Source: Alphaproteobacteria bacterium
GTDB taxonomy: Bacteria; Pseudomonadota; Alphaproteobacteria; UBA828
NCBI GenBank assembly: GCA_965220745.1
Contig: CBDCQT010000005.1
Span: forward strand, 352,001-416,000
Length of the DNA stretch: 64,000 bases
Direction: 5' to 3'
In this document: in pieces, positions 48,618-63,815 of the stretch
Position numbering within the stretch: the stretch's first letter is position 1
Layout: every line of letters starts with the position of its first letter
Program-made: the position numbers and the translations under genes
Notes under the pieces: generated by a model
What the model was told of the DNA's origin: nothing
The model's input: the letters and a program-made list of their open reading frames with translations, nothing else
Database searches by the model: none

Positions 48618-49415
48618 TCAATGGTCCGAGACGCCCTGACCGTCCGGTCGGGCGTCGAGGATGGTCCAGCCCTCCGGGCCGTGCACCTCGAGCGGGCGAA
48701 AGCGGGCCTTGTAGTCCATCTTATCGCAGCCGTCGATCCAGTAGCCGAGGTAGAGGTAGGGCAGCGCTTGCGCGCGCGCCTCTTCCACGAGCCTGAGAAT
48801 CATGTAGCTGCCCGGACTGTCCTTGACCCGCGTGGGTTCGTAGAAGGAATACACTGCAGAGAGCCCGTCGGCGACGACATCGAACACGCAGACGCCGTAG
48901 AGCCGTCCGCCGGGGCTGCGGAACTCGGCGAGGCGGGTCTCGACCGCGCTCTCCTCGACAAGTGCGCCGTAGCCCTCGCGCCCCATGGCAGCCATCGTGC
49001 CGTCCGGGTGCCGCGCCGCCAGATAGCGCCGGAAGAGCGCGTAATGATCGGGCCGCGCCAGCGCTGGCAGCACGTTGAGCGTGATTCCCGCATTGCGCGC
49101 GACGACCCGGCGGAGCGAGCGGCTCGGCACGAACGCATCGGCACGGACCCGTGCGGAAACACAGGCCCGGCAGCCGGGGCAGGCGGGGCGGTAGGCGGCC
49201 AGGTGGCTGCGGCGGAAGCCTCCGCGCAGCATCTCGTCGTAAGCGGTCTCGGCGCGGGAGCCCGCAAGCGGGGTGACGATCGAGCGCTCCAGGCGCCCCG
49301 GCAAGTAGGGGCAAGGGCGGAGCGGCGTCACACCCAGAAACTTGAGACCGTCGCCATGCGGCGCGCGCGTCCGCGCCGGGTGCTGGCTTACGAGCGGGCG
49401 ATTTTCGCTGGTCAT
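48618..49415 (-). CDS. bpt: Aminoacyl-tRNA--protein transferase Bpt (Ate-like, 'arginyltransferase')
   Basis: PCPYLPGR.ER, GFRRS..AYRP.C..CRAC, GLSAVYSFY, YLYLGYWI..KMDYK. Confidence 0.9.
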   Translation of the reverse strand: MTSENRPLVSQHPARTRAPHGDGLKFLGVTPLRPCPYLPGRLERSIVTPLAGSRAETAYDEMLRGGFRRSHLAAYRPACPGCRACVSARVRADAFVPSRSLRRVVARNAGITLNVLPALARPDHYALFRRYLAARHPDGTMAAMGREGYGALVEESAVETRLAEFRSPGGRLYGVCVFDVVADGLSAVYSFYEPTRVKDSPGSYMILRLVEEARAQALPYLYLGYWIDGCDKMDYKARFRPLEVHGPEGWTILDARPDGQGVSDH

Positions 49416-49496
49416 CGGCTTGATTATAGGGCCGCGCCGCGGTTCGCCAAGGAGTCGGTTACGCTTTGCCTCTCGCACGCGATGTGTTCGGTCGAC

Positions 49497-49779
49497 CTGG
49501 TACACAGTTGTTCGGTTCGTGATTGTCCCTGGGAATAGTGCCTCACATGTACCAGACACCGCTGCACAAGGAGCACGCACTAACCGCGATAGTCTATGCC
49601 ACGAAATTTCCTACAGCAATATTTTTTGCTAATTTTACAAAATTTACAAAGTCCACTCTTGTGCTGGGAAACTGGAAGTCCAGAGTTGCCTTCGACCGCA
49701 TGACCACTTCCCCACAGGCCAACAACAGCAACCGAAGCGGTCAACTCATCTGGTACACAAACCGGTCAGTTCAGATTGT
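49497..49779. repeat. Degenerate 30-bp direct repeat CTGGTACACA-N14-GATTGT (two copies, 253 bp apart) plus one inverted partial copy
   Basis: Copies at 49497-49526 and 49750-49779; TGTACCAG at 49548-49555. Confidence 0.6.
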
Positions 49780-49807
49780 TCTCGACAGACCCGGTAAGGA
49801 TTCCGGG

Positions 49808-51070
49808 CTAAATCGCCCGCCAGCCGATGTCCCGGCGGCAAAATCCCTCGGGCCAGTCGATGCGCCCGACGGCCTCGTAGGCGCAGCTCTGGGCCGCAGT
49901 GACGTCGGCGCCCAGCGCCGTCACGCCAAGCACGCGCCCGCCTGCGGCGACGACGCCGACATCGGTGCGCGCCGTCCCCGCGTGGAACACCGTGACGTCG
50001 TCGAGGTCTTCTGCTGCGTCGATCCCGCGGATCGCGCTGCCCTTCTCGTAGGCGCCCGGATAGCCTTGCGTGGCGAGCACCACGCAAAGCGCCGCCTCAT
50101 CGCGCCAGCGCAGGTCGAATTCCTTGAGCTCGCCATCGTGCGCCGCGATCAGCGCGGCCAGCAGGTCGGACTTGAGCCGGGGCATGAGCACCTGGCATTC
50201 CGGATCGCCGAAGCGGGCGTTGACCTCCAGCAGCTTTGGCCCGTCGGCGGTGAGCATCAGCCCGGCGTAGAAGACACCGGTATAGGGGCTGCTCTCCGCC
50301 GCAAGGCCGCGCACGAGCGGCTCGACGATGCCCGTCCGCGTCTCCTCACAGAGCGCCGGTGTCATCGCAGGCGCCGGCGAATAGGCGCCCATGCCGCCGG
50401 TGTTGGGTCCTGTATCGCCTTCGCCCACCGCCTTGTGGTCCTGCGCCGTCTCCAGCGGCAGCACGGTCTCGCCGTCGACCAGGGCGAAATAGCTTGCCTC
50501 CTCGCCCACCAGCATCTCCTCGATCACGAGTTCGGCGCCGGCCTCGCCGAAGGCACCGCCCAGCGCGGCTCGCGCCGCATCGAGGGCTTCGGCTTCGGTC
50601 TCCGCCAGCACGACACCCTTGCCGGCGGCGAGCCCGTCCGCCTTGACCACGAGCGGCGCGCCCAGCTCTGCGATGAAGGCCTCGGCGTCCGCGAGCGAGC
50701 CGATTCGCTTGTATGCGGCGGTCGGCACGCCGTGGCGAGCACAGAGGTCCTTCATGAAGCCCTTGGAACCCTCGATCCGGGCGGCGGCCGCGCGCGGGCC
50801 GAAGGCGGCAATGCCTTCGGCCTCCAGCCGGTCGACCAGGCCGGCGCAAAGCGGCGCCTCCGGCCCCACCACGACCAGATCGATCGCCTGCGCGCGGCAA
50901 AACGCCACCAGCCCGTCGAAATCCATGGGATCGAGCGCAACGCAGGTCGCCTCGTTCTCGATTCCCGCGTTTCCCGGCGCGCACCAGAGCCCTCCCAGCA
51001 GCGGCGACGCCGCGAGCTGCCAGCAGAGGGCATGCTCGCGGCCGCCCGAGCCCACGACCAAGACGTTCAT
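49808..51070 (-). CDS. purD: Phosphoribosylamine--glycine ligase
   Basis: [57 protein letters not shown]. Confidence 0.97.
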   Translation of the reverse strand: MNVLVVGSGGREHALCWQLAASPLLGGLWCAPGNAGIENEATCVALDPMDFDGLVAFCRAQAIDLVVVGPEAPLCAGLVDRLEAEGIAAFGPRAAAARIEGSKGFMKDLCARHGVPTAAYKRIGSLADAEAFIAELGAPLVVKADGLAAGKGVVLAETEAEALDAARAALGGAFGEAGAELVIEEMLVGEEASYFALVDGETVLPLETAQDHKAVGEGDTGPNTGGMGAYSPAPAMTPALCEETRTGIVEPLVRGLAAESSPYTGVFYAGLMLTADGPKLLEVNARFGDPECQVLMPRLKSDLLAALIAAHDGELKEFDLRWRDEAALCVVLATQGYPGAYEKGSAIRGIDAAEDLDDVTVFHAGTARTDVGVVAAGGRVLGVTALGADVTAAQSCAYEAVGRIDWPEGFCRRDIGWRAI

Positions 51071-51177
51071 TTGGGTCTCTCCGTGCCCGCAAATCGCGGC
51101 GTTACGATACACTCTCGGGCTCCCTACGGCCCGCGATTCTCTCGCGGAATTTCTTGGCTTTTCGCCGTTTTTGCCGC

Positions 51178-51206
51178 TTGACGGTGGATAGGCCCATCAC
51201 TAGGAT
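51178..51206 (+). promoter_or_regulatory. Sigma70 promoter of the str operon
   Basis: TTGACG-N17-TAGGAT with upstream T-tracts and a GC-rich discriminator, about 180 bp before rpsL. Confidence 0.7.
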
Positions 51207-51384
51207 GCGCCACCCTCTTGCCGACGAGGCTGGTCGGCGCGCCCCACGGCGCCCGCCGCCATGCCTTGTGATCGAGAGAGTTTCCGATGGGTCGGCGCAG
51301 GCCGGCGGCGGGGAAGCGGGCGGATCCCGATTTTCCCGGTCCACCTGCACGCGCCGCACTGTCTGTTGAACCTGGAACGCCGCG

Positions 51385-51756
51385 ATGCCGACGATCAACC
51401 AACTGATTCGCAAGCCGCGCACGGCGCCTGCCGCACGAAACAAGGTGCCGGCGCTGCAGGCCTGCCCGCAGAAACGCGGCGTGTGTACCAGGGTCTACAC
51501 GACGACGCCAAAGAAGCCGAACTCGGCGCTGCGCAAGGTCGCGCGCGTGCGGCTCACCAACGGATTCGAGGTGACCAGCTACATCCCCGGTGAGGGGCAC
51601 AATCTTCAGGAGCACTCGGTGGTGATGATTCGCGGCGGCCGGGTGAAGGACCTGCCGGGCGTGCGCTACCACATCATTCGCGGCTCGCTCGACACCCAGG
51701 GTATCCAGGACCGCCGCCAGCGGCGCTCCAAGTACGGCGCTAAACGGCCCAAATAG
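51385..51756 (+). CDS. rpsL: 30S ribosomal protein S12
   Basis: [27 protein letters not shown]. Confidence 0.99.
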   Translation: MPTINQLIRKPRTAPAARNKVPALQACPQKRGVCTRVYTTTPKKPNSALRKVARVRLTNGFEVTSYIPGEGHNLQEHSVVMIRGGRVKDLPGVRYHIIRGSLDTQGIQDRRQRRSKYGAKRPK

Positions 51757-51777
51757 AGAACAAGAAGGAGCCGTCCA

Positions 51778-52248
51778 GTGTCACGCCGTCGCGCCGCAGA
51801 GCGCCGAACCGTTAACCCCGACCCCCGCCACGGGGACGTGGTGCTGGCGAAGTTCATGAACTCGCTGATGCTCGACGGCAAGAAGTCGACAGCCGAGCGC
51901 ATCGTCTATGGCGCGCTCGACCGGATCAGGGAGAAGACCGGGCAAGACCCTGTCAGGGTCTTTCACGAGGCCCTCGACAACGTGAAGCCGGCGGTGGAGG
52001 TACGCTCGCGCCGCGTCGGCGGCGCCACCTACCAGGTGCCGACCGAGGTGCGGCCCGACCGGCGCCAGACGCTCGCCATTCGCTGGCTTATCGGCGCGAC
52101 CCGGGACCGCTCCGAGACCACGATGGTCGACCGGCTCAGCAACGAACTCCTCGACGCCGCGGGAAACCGCGGCGTCGCCGTTAAGAGGCGGGAAGACACA
52201 CACCGCATGGCCGAGGCCAACCGCGCCTTTTCGCATTACCGCTGGTAG
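51778..52248 (+). CDS. rpsG: 30S ribosomal protein S7
   Basis: [33 protein letters not shown]. Confidence 0.99.
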   Translation: MSRRRAAERRTVNPDPRHGDVVLAKFMNSLMLDGKKSTAERIVYGALDRIREKTGQDPVRVFHEALDNVKPAVEVRSRRVGGATYQVPTEVRPDRRQTLAIRWLIGATRDRSETTMVDRLSNELLDAAGNRGVAVKRREDTHRMAEANRAFSHYRW

Positions 52249-52273
52249 GCGTTGGCGTTCGCGGACAAGAACA

Positions 52274-54349
<2,076 letters not shown>

Positions 54350-54395
54350 TCGCGTGACCACGACCAAGATCAAGACCTCCTGAGAGAGAGCACCG

Positions 54396-55586
<1,191 letters not shown>

Positions 55587-55623
55587 ACCCAAACCGAGGC
55601 GGACAAGAGGCCGGGCACGCACG

Positions 55624-55938
<315 letters not shown>

Positions 55939-55947
55939 GAGGGCGTC

Positions 55948-56817
55948 ATGGCCGGCCAGGCGGCAGTGCGCAGGCGCACGGGCGTGATCACCGAGAAGCT
56001 CGGCATGTCCCGCGTCTTCAACGACGCCGGCGAGCACGTGCCGGTGACCGTGCTGCGCGTGGACGGTTGTCAGGTCATCGCCCAGCGGACGCCTGATGCG
56101 GGCGGTTATGTCGCGCTCCAGCTCGGCGCCGGTCGGGTCAAGGTCAAGAACACCCCGCGTGCACTGCGCGGTCACTTCGCCAAGGCAAAGGTCGAGCCCA
56201 AGCGCCACGTGGCCGAGTTTCGGGTGAGCGAGGACGCTTTGGTGGATGTGGGCGCCACGCTCGGCGCCGATCACTTCGCCGCCGGCCAATTCGTCGATGC
56301 GGTCGGCACCTCCATCGGCAAGGGCTTCGCCGGCGGCATGAAGCGGCACAATTTCTCGGGCCTGCGCGCGAGCCACGGCGTCTCCGTCTCGCACCGCTCC
56401 CACGGTTCGACCGGCCAGTGCCAGGATCCCGGCAAGGTCTTCAAGGGCAAGAAGATGGCGGGCCAGCTCGGGAACGCACGCGCGACCGTGCAGAACCTCC
56501 AGGTGGTGGCGACGGACGCGTCTCGGGGCCTGATCATGGTCAAGGGCGGCGTCCCCGGCCCGAAGGGCGGCGTCGTGCTGCTCTCCGACGCGAAGAAGCG
56601 CAGCCTGCCGGACGATGTACCGTTTCCTGCAGGGCTCTTCGTACAGCCGGAACCGGAGCCGGCAGACCCTGAGCCTGAGGAGGACGTTCCCGCCGCCGAG
56701 GCTGAGGACGAGACCGCTGATGATGACAGCGGCGAGCCCGCCGAGGCGCAGGAGGAGGACGGCGACGAGGCTGCCGCCGAGGACGTTGCAGAGGGTGACG
56801 AGGAGGAGTCCTCGTGA
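55948..56817 (+). CDS. rplC: 50S ribosomal protein L3 with acidic C-terminal tail
   Basis: [30 protein letters not shown]. Confidence 0.98.
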   Translation: MAGQAAVRRRTGVITEKLGMSRVFNDAGEHVPVTVLRVDGCQVIAQRTPDAGGYVALQLGAGRVKVKNTPRALRGHFAKAKVEPKRHVAEFRVSEDALVDVGATLGADHFAAGQFVDAVGTSIGKGFAGGMKRHNFSGLRASHGVSVSHRSHGSTGQCQDPGKVFKGKKMAGQLGNARATVQNLQVVATDASRGLIMVKGGVPGPKGGVVLLSDAKKRSLPDDVPFPAGLFVQPEPEPADPEPEEDVPAAEAEDETADDDSGEPAEAQEEDGDEAAAEDVAEGDEEESS

Positions 56818-57434
56818 AGGTCGACGTCATCGACTTCAAGGCCAAGCGCGTCGGCGAGATCGAGCTCGCGGACGAGGTGTTCGGCGTGCCCGTGCGGCCC
56901 GACCTGATGCAACGCACCGTGCGCTGGCAGCTCGCCAAGCGCCGCGCTGGCACGCACAAGACCAAGTCGGTGGCGGAGATCCGCGGGTCGACGCGCAAGC
57001 CCTTCAAGCAGAAGGGCACGGGCCGCGCCCGCGCGGGCTCTCGCCGCGCAGCGCACCATCGGGGCGGCGTGGCGATCTTCGGTCCCGTGCTGCGCGACCA
57101 CGCCCACAAGCTGCCCAAGAAGGTGCGCAAGCTCGCGCTCAAGTCCGCGCTCTCCAGCAAGCGGGCGGACGGCAAGCTCTCGATCGTGGAATCCCTCGAC
57201 CTCGGCTCGGCCAAGACCAGGGTGCTGGCCAATCGTATCGCGCGCCTCGGCTGGTCGTCTGCGCTGGTTATCGACGGCGACGAGATCGATGCCGGCTTCG
57301 CCCAGGCGGCCCGCAATCTGACCGGAATTCAGGTGCTCCCGCAGCTGGGCGCCAACGTCTACGACATCCTCCGCCGCGACCACCTGGTGCTGACCCGGAG
57401 CGCGGTGGAAAGCCTGCAAGCGAGGCTCGCATGA
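56814..57434 (+). CDS. rplD: 50S ribosomal protein L4
   Basis: [29 protein letters not shown]. Confidence 0.98.
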   Translation: MKVDVIDFKAKRVGEIELADEVFGVPVRPDLMQRTVRWQLAKRRAGTHKTKSVAEIRGSTRKPFKQKGTGRARAGSRRAAHHRGGVAIFGPVLRDHAHKLPKKVRKLALKSALSSKRADGKLSIVESLDLGSAKTRVLANRIARLGWSSALVIDGDEIDAGFAQAARNLTGIQVLPQLGANVYDILRRDHLVLTRSAVESLQARLA

Positions 57435-57736
57435 GCGTCGAGCCCAAAGAGCACTGGTACGACACGATTCTCGGTCCAGTCGTGACCGAGAAGTCGACTC
57501 AGGGCTCGATGTACAACCAGGTCACCTTCAAGGTGCGCACCGACGCGACCAAGCCTCAGATCAAGGAAGCCGTGGAAGGGCTGTTCGAGGTCAAGGTGAG
57601 GAAGGTCAACACCAGCATGGTCAAGGGCAAGGTCAAGCGCGGCCCTCGCGGCCGGCTGGGCAAGCGTTCGGATTGGAAGAAGGCGACGGTTTCGCTCGGC
57701 GAAGGCGATACCATCGACGTGATGACCGGGCTCTAG
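57431..57736 (+). CDS. rplW: 50S ribosomal protein L23
   Basis: [24 protein letters not shown]. Confidence 0.97.
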   Translation: MSVEPKEHWYDTILGPVVTEKSTQGSMYNQVTFKVRTDATKPQIKEAVEGLFEVKVRKVNTSMVKGKVKRGPRGRLGKRSDWKKATVSLGEGDTIDVMTGL

Positions 57737-57739
57737 GCG

Positions 57740-58567
57740 ATGGCACTCAAGAACTACAAGCCGACCACGCCGGGGCGCCGCCAGCTCATTCTGGTGGACC
57801 GCTCCGACCTCTGGAAGGGGAAGCCGGTCAAGAAGCTGACCGAAGGATTGAGCCAGAAGGGCGGGCGCAACAGCGACGGCCGCATCACCATGCGCCATCG
57901 CGGGGGCGGGCATAAGCGCCGCTACCGCAAGATCGACTTCAAGCGGCGCAAATTCGATGTGCCGGCGACCGTGGAGCGGCTCGAGTACGACCCCAACCGC
58001 TCGGCCTTCATCGCGCTGATCCGCTACGAAGACGGCGAACAGGCCTACATCCTCGCCCCGCAGCGGGTCTCACCGGGCGACAAGGTGGTTTCCGGCGACC
58101 GCTGCGACATCAAGCCCGGCAACGCGATGCCGATGAGCAACATTCCCGTCGGCACGATCATCCACAATGTCGAGATGAAGCCGGGGAAGGGCGGCCAGAT
58201 CGCGCGCTCCGCCGGCAACTACGTGCAGCTGGTCGGCAAGGATCAGGGCTACGCTCAGCTCAGACTGCCGTCGGGCGAGCAGCGTATCGTCCATGGCCGA
58301 TGTATGGCCACCATCGGCGCAGTCTCCAACCCGGACAATCAGAACACCAACCAGGGCAAAGCCGGCCGCATGCGCTGGCAAGGCCGGCGCCCCAAGGTGC
58401 GCGGCGTCGCCATGAACCCGGTGGACCATCCCCACGGCGGCGGCGAGGGCAAGTCCTCCGGCGGGCGGCATCCGGTCACTCCCTGGGGCGTGCCCACCAA
58501 GGGCAAGCGCACGCGCAGCAACAAGAGAACCGACCGCTTCATCATGCGGCGTCGGGGCAAGAAGTAG
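57740..58567 (+). CDS. rplB: 50S ribosomal protein L2
   Basis: [30 protein letters not shown]. Confidence 0.99.
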   Translation: MALKNYKPTTPGRRQLILVDRSDLWKGKPVKKLTEGLSQKGGRNSDGRITMRHRGGGHKRRYRKIDFKRRKFDVPATVERLEYDPNRSAFIALIRYEDGEQAYILAPQRVSPGDKVVSGDRCDIKPGNAMPMSNIPVGTIIHNVEMKPGKGGQIARSAGNYVQLVGKDQGYAQLRLPSGEQRIVHGRCMATIGAVSNPDNQNTNQGKAGRMRWQGRRPKVRGVAMNPVDHPHGGGEGKSSGGRHPVTPWGVPTKGKRTRSNKRTDRFIMRRRGKK

Positions 58568-58582
58568 GGCAGGGGACAGTCT

Positions 58583-58861
58583 ATGGCGCGTTCCGTATGG
58601 AAAGGCCCCTTCGTCGACGGCTATCTTCTCAAGAAGGCCGAAGAGGCGCGGGCGACAGGCCGCAAGGACATCATCCGCACCTGGTCGCGGCGCTCGACCA
58701 TCCTGCCGCAGTTCGTGGGCCTCACCTTCGGCGTCTACAACGGGCGCAAATTCCTGCCCGTGCTGGTCAACGAGAACATGGTCGGCCACAAGTTCGGCGA
58801 GTTCTCGCCGACGCGGGTCTTCCACGGTCATGCCGGCGACAAGAGGGCACGGCGGGGCTGA
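58583..58861 (+). CDS. rpsS: 30S ribosomal protein S19
   Basis: [27 protein letters not shown]. Confidence 0.98.
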   Translation: MARSVWKGPFVDGYLLKKAEEARATGRKDIIRTWSRRSTILPQFVGLTFGVYNGRKFLPVLVNENMVGHKFGEFSPTRVFHGHAGDKRARRG

Positions 58862-58863
58862 TC

Positions 58864-59244
58864 ATGGGCAAGACCGCACGATCCCGGCGGCTCGGTGAGA
58901 CCGAAGCCCAGGCGGTGATCCGGAACCTCCGGATCAGCCCGCAGAAGCTCGGCCTTGTCACCGAGACCATCCGCGGGCGTCCGGTGGGCGAGGCGCTGAT
59001 CACGCTGGCGCATTCGCGCCGCCGCATCGCCGGCGACGTGCGCAAGTGCCTGCAGTCGGCGATCGCGAACGCGGAAAACAATCACGAGCTGGATGTGGAC
59101 CGGCTCGTGGTCGCCGAAGCGACGGTCGGCAAGGGTTTGGTGATGAAGCGCTGGCGGCCCCGTGCACGCGGCCGGGTCGGGCGCGTGATGAAGCCGTTCA
59201 GCCATCTCACCATCGTGGTGCGCGAACGCGCCAAGGGGGCCTGA
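58864..59244 (+). CDS. rplV: 50S ribosomal protein L22
   Basis: [28 protein letters not shown]. Confidence 0.97.
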   Translation: MGKTARSRRLGETEAQAVIRNLRISPQKLGLVTETIRGRPVGEALITLAHSRRRIAGDVRKCLQSAIANAENNHELDVDRLVVAEATVGKGLVMKRWRPRARGRVGRVMKPFSHLTIVVRERAKGA

Positions 59245-59921
59245 TGGGTCAGAAGGTCAATCCCGTCGGGCTGCGTCTCGGCATCAACCGTACCTGGGAT
59301 TCGCGCTGGTATGCCGACGACGACTATGCCCAGCTACTGCACGAGGACCTGCAGATCCGCAATTTCCTGTTCGATCGGCTGAACCAGGCGGGTATCGGGC
59401 GTATCGTCATCGAGCGCCCCGCCAAGAAGGCACGGATCACCATCCATACAGCCCGGCCGGGCGTCGTGATCGGCAAGAAGGGTGCTGACATCGAGCGGCT
59501 GCGTACCGACATCACCAAGATGACGGGAAGCGACGTTCATCTGAACATCGTCGAGATCCGCAAGCCCGAGATTGAGGCCAAGCTGGTGGCCGAGAACATC
59601 GCCCAGCAGCTCGTGCGACGCGTGGCGTTCCGACGGGCCATGAAACGGGCGGTGCAGTCCGCGATCAGGCTCGGCGCGCAGGGCATCCGCATCAACTGCG
59701 GCGGCAGGCTGGGCGGGGCCGAGATTGCGCGGACCGAGTGGTACCGCGAGGGCCGCGTGCCGCTCCACACGCTCCGGGCCGATGTGGACTTCGGGCTCGC
59801 CACGGCGCGCACGGCCTACGGCACTTGCGGTGTCAAAGTCTGGGTGTTCAAGGGCGAGATCATGGCGCACGACCCCATGGCGCAGGACAAGCGCGCCATG
59901 GAGCAGGCCACGCCCCGCTAG
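59244..59921 (+). CDS. rpsC: 30S ribosomal protein S3
   Basis: [33 protein letters not shown]. Confidence 0.98.
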   Translation: MGQKVNPVGLRLGINRTWDSRWYADDDYAQLLHEDLQIRNFLFDRLNQAGIGRIVIERPAKKARITIHTARPGVVIGKKGADIERLRTDITKMTGSDVHLNIVEIRKPEIEAKLVAENIAQQLVRRVAFRRAMKRAVQSAIRLGAQGIRINCGGRLGGAEIARTEWYREGRVPLHTLRADVDFGLATARTAYGTCGVKVWVFKGEIMAHDPMAQDKRAMEQATPR

Positions 59922-59948
59922 GGCCGGACGGGGACCGGGGACCGGATC

Positions 59949-60371
59949 ATGCAGCAGCCGAAATCCACCAAGTACCGCAAGGCCCACAAGGGCCGCATCC
60001 ACGGCAAGGCCAAGGGTGGCTCGCAGCTCAATTTCGGCGCCTACGGGCTCAAGGCGATCACGCCCGGCCGCATCACGGCACGCGAGATCGAGGCCGGCCG
60101 GCGCACCATCACGAGGCACATGAAACGTGCCGGCAAGATCTGGATCCGCATCTTCCCGGACGTGCCGGTCTCGACCAAGCCCGCCGAGGTGCGCATGGGC
60201 AAGGGCAAGGGCACGCCGGAATACTGGGTCGCCAAGGTGAAGCCCGGGCGCATCATGTTCGAGGTGGACGGCGTGCCGCGCGCGGTGGCGGAAGAGGCGT
60301 TCCGCCGTGCGTCCGCGAAGTTCAGGGTGCAGACCAGGGTCGTGACCCGGCTCGGCGAAGGGGCGTCCTGA
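59949..60371 (+). CDS. rplP: 50S ribosomal protein L16
   Basis: [24 protein letters not shown]. Confidence 0.98.
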   Translation: MQQPKSTKYRKAHKGRIHGKAKGGSQLNFGAYGLKAITPGRITAREIEAGRRTITRHMKRAGKIWIRIFPDVPVSTKPAEVRMGKGKGTPEYWVAKVKPGRIMFEVDGVPRAVAEEAFRRASAKFRVQTRVVTRLGEGAS

Positions 60372-60577
60372 TGAACGGTGTCGAAGTCCGCCTCAAGACC
60401 GACGACGAGCTCAAGACGATGCTGCTCGCGTTGAAGAAGGAGGCGTTCAACCTGCGCTTTCAGCGGGCCTCCGGCCAGCTCGAGAACACCGCGCGCATGC
60501 GCGCCGTGAGGCGCGACGTGGCTCGCATCAAGACGATCGTTGCCGAGCGCAAGCGCGCTGCCGGCGGCGAAGCCTGA
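60371..60577 (+). CDS. rpmC: 50S ribosomal protein L29
   Basis: [25 protein letters not shown]. Confidence 0.96.
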   Translation: MNGVEVRLKTDDELKTMLLALKKEAFNLRFQRASGQLENTARMRAVRRDVARIKTIVAERKRAAGGEA

Positions 60578-60608
60578 GGATCTGGGAGATGGGTGAAGGA
60601 GAGCTGGC

Positions 60609-60857
60609 ATGCCGCGCCGTGTAATGCGGGGAACCGTGGTCGGCGACAAGGCGGACAAGACCGTCGTCGTCCGCGTCGACCGCCGCGTCATGCATCCGCT
60701 CTACAAGAAGGTCGTACGCCGCTCCAAGCGCTACACCGCGCATGACGACGGCAACAGTCACAAGGTCGGCGACATCGTGCAAATTCGCGAGTGCGCCCCC
60801 ATCTCCAAGCGCAAGCGCTGGATCGTGCTCGACGATGCCGGCGCCGAGCAGGGCTGA
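60609..60857 (+). CDS. rpsQ: 30S ribosomal protein S17
   Basis: [23 protein letters not shown]. Confidence 0.97.
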   Translation: MPRRVMRGTVVGDKADKTVVVRVDRRVMHPLYKKVVRRSKRYTAHDDGNSHKVGDIVQIRECAPISKRKRWIVLDDAGAEQG

Positions 60858-60890
60858 ACGGCGCGGTAGAGAGCGGAAGGGTCGAGTGAC

Positions 60891-61259
60891 ATGATTCAGA
60901 TGCAGACGAATCTGGATGTCGCCGACAATTCCGGTGCGAGACGCGTGCAGTGCGTGAAGGTGCTGGGCGGGTCGAAGCGCAAGACCGCGTCGGTGGGCGA
61001 TACGATCGTGGTTACGGTCAAGGAAGCGATTCCGCGCGGCAAGGTGCGCAAGGGCGAGCTTCACCGCGCCGTCATCGTGCGCACCGCCAAGGAAATCAGG
61101 CGCCCGGACGGCAGCGCGATCCGCTTCGACCGCAATGCGGCCGTCCTCATCACCGCCCAGGGGGAGCCGATCGGCACCCGCATCTTTGGGCCGGTGACCC
61201 GCGAGCTCCGTCAGCGCCGGTACATGAAGATCATCTCACTCGCGCCCGAAGTGCTGTAG
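60891..61259 (+). CDS. rplN: 50S ribosomal protein L14
   Basis: [32 protein letters not shown]. Confidence 0.98.
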   Translation: MIQMQTNLDVADNSGARRVQCVKVLGGSKRKTASVGDTIVVTVKEAIPRGKVRKGELHRAVIVRTAKEIRRPDGSAIRFDRNAAVLITAQGEPIGTRIFGPVTRELRQRRYMKIISLAPEVL

Positions 61260-61265
61260 GCCGCC

Positions 61266-61589
61266 ATGCGCAAGCGAAAGATACGCAAGGATGACGAGGT
61301 CATCGTCCTGACCGGGCGAGACAAGGGCAAGCGCGGCGCCGTGCTTCGGATCATCACCAAGACCGACCGCGTTCTCGTCGAGGGCGTCAACGTGACCAAG
61401 CGCCACGTCAAGCCGACTCAGGGCGATCCGCAGGGCGGTATTGTCGAACGCGAGGCGCCGATCCATATATCGAACGTGGCGCTGGTCGATCCCGAGAGCG
61501 ATCGGCCGACCCGGGCGCGCTACAAGAATCTCGAGGACGGGCGCAAGGTGCGCGTCGCCGCCCGCTCGGGGGAAGTGATCGATGTCTGA
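61266..61589 (+). CDS. rplX: 50S ribosomal protein L24
   Basis: KOW motif [26 protein letters not shown]. Confidence 0.97.
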   Translation: MRKRKIRKDDEVIVLTGRDKGKRGAVLRIITKTDRVLVEGVNVTKRHVKPTQGDPQGGIVEREAPIHISNVALVDPESDRPTRARYKNLEDGRKVRVAARSGEVIDV

Positions 61590-62178
61590 AGCGAACGGCC
61601 AGAACGGCGGCCAGGTGAACGGCGAGGCGAAGGGCCCGAGCCGGCTGAAATTGCTCTACGAGAGCGAGATCAGGCCCGGTCTGATGCAGCAGTTCGGCTA
61701 CACCAACATCATGCAGGCGCCGAAGCTGGACAAGATCGTGATCAATATGGGCGTCGGCGAAGGGGCCACGGACAACAAGAAGATCGATGCCGCGGTTCAG
61801 GACATGACGCTGATCGCGGGCCAGAAGCCGATCGTCACCAGGGCGCGCAAGTCGGTCGCCGCATTCAAGGTGCGCACCGGGATGCAGGTCGGCTGCAAGA
61901 CCACGCTCCGACGGGAGCGGATGTACGAGTTCCTCGACCGGCTGGTGACGATTGCGCTGCCGCGGGTGCGCGACTTTCGCGGCCTGTCGGCCCGCGCCTT
62001 CGACGGCCGGGGCAACTACGCATTAGGCCTCAAGGAGCAGATCATCTTTCCCGAGATCGACTACGACAAGGTCGATCAGGTGCGTGGGTTGAATGTCGTC
62101 ATTTGCACGACGGCGAGGACCGATGACGAGGGCCGGGCGCTACTCGCCGGCTTTCAGATGCCGTTCGTCGGCCAGTAA
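61582..62178 (+). CDS. rplE: 50S ribosomal protein L5
   Basis: [34 protein letters not shown]. Confidence 0.98.
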   Translation: MSEANGQNGGQVNGEAKGPSRLKLLYESEIRPGLMQQFGYTNIMQAPKLDKIVINMGVGEGATDNKKIDAAVQDMTLIAGQKPIVTRARKSVAAFKVRTGMQVGCKTTLRRERMYEFLDRLVTIALPRVRDFRGLSARAFDGRGNYALGLKEQIIFPEIDYDKVDQVRGLNVVICTTARTDDEGRALLAGFQMPFVGQ

Positions 62179-62200
62179 GGGCAGAGGGCCAGGCTGAGAG

Positions 62201-62506
62201 ATGGCGAAAAAGAGCACGATCGAGAAGAACAAGCGGCGCCAGCGGATGGCGAAGCGGGATGCGGCCAAGCGGGCGGATCTGCGCGCCATCGTGCGCGACC
62301 GTTCGCTGCCGGCGGAAGAGCGCTTCGCGGCGCAGCTCAAGCTCGCAAAGCTGCCGCGCAACGGCGCGCAGGTGCGGGTGCGGAACCGCTGCGGGCTGAC
62401 CGGCCGGCCGCGCGGCAACTACCGCAAGTTCGGGCTCTCGCGCATCGCTCTGAGGGAACTCGCCTCGGCGGGCCAGGTGCCCGGCATGGTCAAATCGAGC
62501 TGGTGA
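62201..62506 (+). CDS. rpsN: 30S ribosomal protein S14 (long, zinc-independent form)
   Basis: 101 aa, [25 protein letters not shown]. Confidence 0.97.
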   Translation: MAKKSTIEKNKRRQRMAKRDAAKRADLRAIVRDRSLPAEERFAAQLKLAKLPRNGAQVRVRNRCGLTGRPRGNYRKFGLSRIALRELASAGQVPGMVKSSW

Positions 62507-62516
62507 GGCGCAGGCC

Positions 62517-62912
62517 ATGATGACCGACCCCCTGGCGGACATGCTGACCCGTATTCGGAACGGGCAGCAGGCACGCAAGTCCGCTGTTCTGTCGCCGGCG
62601 TCCAAGCTGCGCGCTGGCGTGCTCGACGTGCTTCAGCGGGAAGGCTACATCCGCGGCTACTCGGCGGCGGAGTCGGACACCGGCAAGCCGGCGTTCTCGA
62701 TCGAGCTCAAGTACCAGGAAGGCCGCCCGGTGATCGCCGAGCTCCATCGGGTGTCGAAGCCCGGACGGCGGGTCTATTCGGGCATCAAGGACCTGCCGCG
62801 ATACTACGGCGGCCTCGGAATCTCCATTCTGTCGACGCCGCGCGGCGTGCTCTCGGACAACGAGGCGCGCCAGCAGAACGTCGGCGGCGAAGTGCTCTGC
62901 CGGGTGTTCTGA
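62517..62912 (+). CDS. rpsH: 30S ribosomal protein S8
   Basis: [29 protein letters not shown]. Confidence 0.98.
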   Translation: MMTDPLADMLTRIRNGQQARKSAVLSPASKLRAGVLDVLQREGYIRGYSAAESDTGKPAFSIELKYQEGRPVIAELHRVSKPGRRVYSGIKDLPRYYGGLGISILSTPRGVLSDNEARQQNVGGEVLCRVF

Positions 62913-62913
62913 G

Positions 62914-63447
62914 ATGTCCCGCGTCGGCAAGAATCCGGTTCCCGTACCCGACGGCGTCGAGGTGACGATCGACGGCACTGCGGTCGCAGTGAGCGGCAAG
63001 CTGGGCCGCCTCGAGGCCACCATCGCGTCCGAAGTGAGCGCCGTGCTCGAAGGCGGCCAGGTCTCGGTCACGCCGCGCGGGGACGACAAGCGCTCGCGTC
63101 AGTTGTGGGGGCTGACCCGGAGCATCATCAACAACATGGTCGTTGGTGTGAGCCAGGGCTTCCACAGGGACCTGCAGATCGAGGGCGTCGGCTACCGGGC
63201 CGCGGTCGAAGGCCGCACTCTGACGCTCGATCTCGGCTACAGCCACCGGATCCGCTACCCCATTCCCGATGGCATCGAGATCGCGTGCGAGCGGCCGACG
63301 GCGATCAGGGTCGCCGGCTATGACCGCCAGGCGGTCGGCCAGGTCGCCGCCGAGATACGTGCCTTCCGCAAGCCCGAGCCATACAAGGGCAAGGGTATCC
63401 GCTATGTCGGCGAGTACGTCCGACGCAAGGAGGGCAAGAAGAAGTAA
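62914..63447 (+). CDS. rplF: 50S ribosomal protein L6
   Basis: [29 protein letters not shown]. Confidence 0.98.
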   Translation: MSRVGKNPVPVPDGVEVTIDGTAVAVSGKLGRLEATIASEVSAVLEGGQVSVTPRGDDKRSRQLWGLTRSIINNMVVGVSQGFHRDLQIEGVGYRAAVEGRTLTLDLGYSHRIRYPIPDGIEIACERPTAIRVAGYDRQAVGQVAAEIRAFRKPEPYKGKGIRYVGEYVRRKEGKKK

Positions 63448-63449
63448 CC

Positions 63450-63800
63450 ATGAGCAGGACCGACTTCGATAAGCGCAAGCAACGGGTGCGGTTCAGGCTG
63501 CAGGCAGCCGCCGGCGGCAGGCCGCGACTCTCGGTCTTCCGCTCCAACCGCCACATTTACGCCCAACTCATCGACGATGGAGAGGGCAGGACCGTGGCTG
63601 CCGCATCGACGATGGAAGGTGCGCTGCGCAGCCAGAATGGGGCGGACCGCGAGGCCGCGGGCCGTGTCGGCGCACTCATTGCCGAGCGTGCGCTGGCGGC
63701 CGGGCACAAGGAGGTCGTGTTCGACCGTGGCGGATACCAGTATCACGGGCGCGTGAAAGCGCTCGCCGAGGCGGCCCGCGAAGGCGGCCTCTCTTTCTAG
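63450..63800 (+). CDS. rplR: 50S ribosomal protein L18
   Basis: [25 protein letters not shown]. Confidence 0.98.
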   Translation: MSRTDFDKRKQRVRFRLQAAAGGRPRLSVFRSNRHIYAQLIDDGEGRTVAAASTMEGALRSQNGADREAAGRVGALIAERALAAGHKEVVFDRGGYQYHGRVKALAEAAREGGLSF

Positions 63801-63815
63801 GAGGAAGGGCCCGGT

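Noticed and set aside
49497-49779. CRISPR array, integron attC or sigma54 promoter in the low-GC island
   Set aside because: Only two repeat copies 253 bp apart and no cas genes; no RYYYAAC/GTTRRRY pair; the minus-strand TGGCAT...GC spacing is one base off the -24/-12 rule
49790-49807. Intrinsic terminator after purD
   Set aside because: Only a 5-bp stem (CCCGG/CCGGG) with no U-tract; too weak to call
49523-51181. 552-aa plus-strand ORF antisense to purD
   Set aside because: Mostly a purD shadow; the unique 5' part has no RBS or recognisable features
51385-51756. Streptomycin-resistance substitutions in S12
   Set aside because: The TPKKPNS and RVKDLPG motifs are wild type
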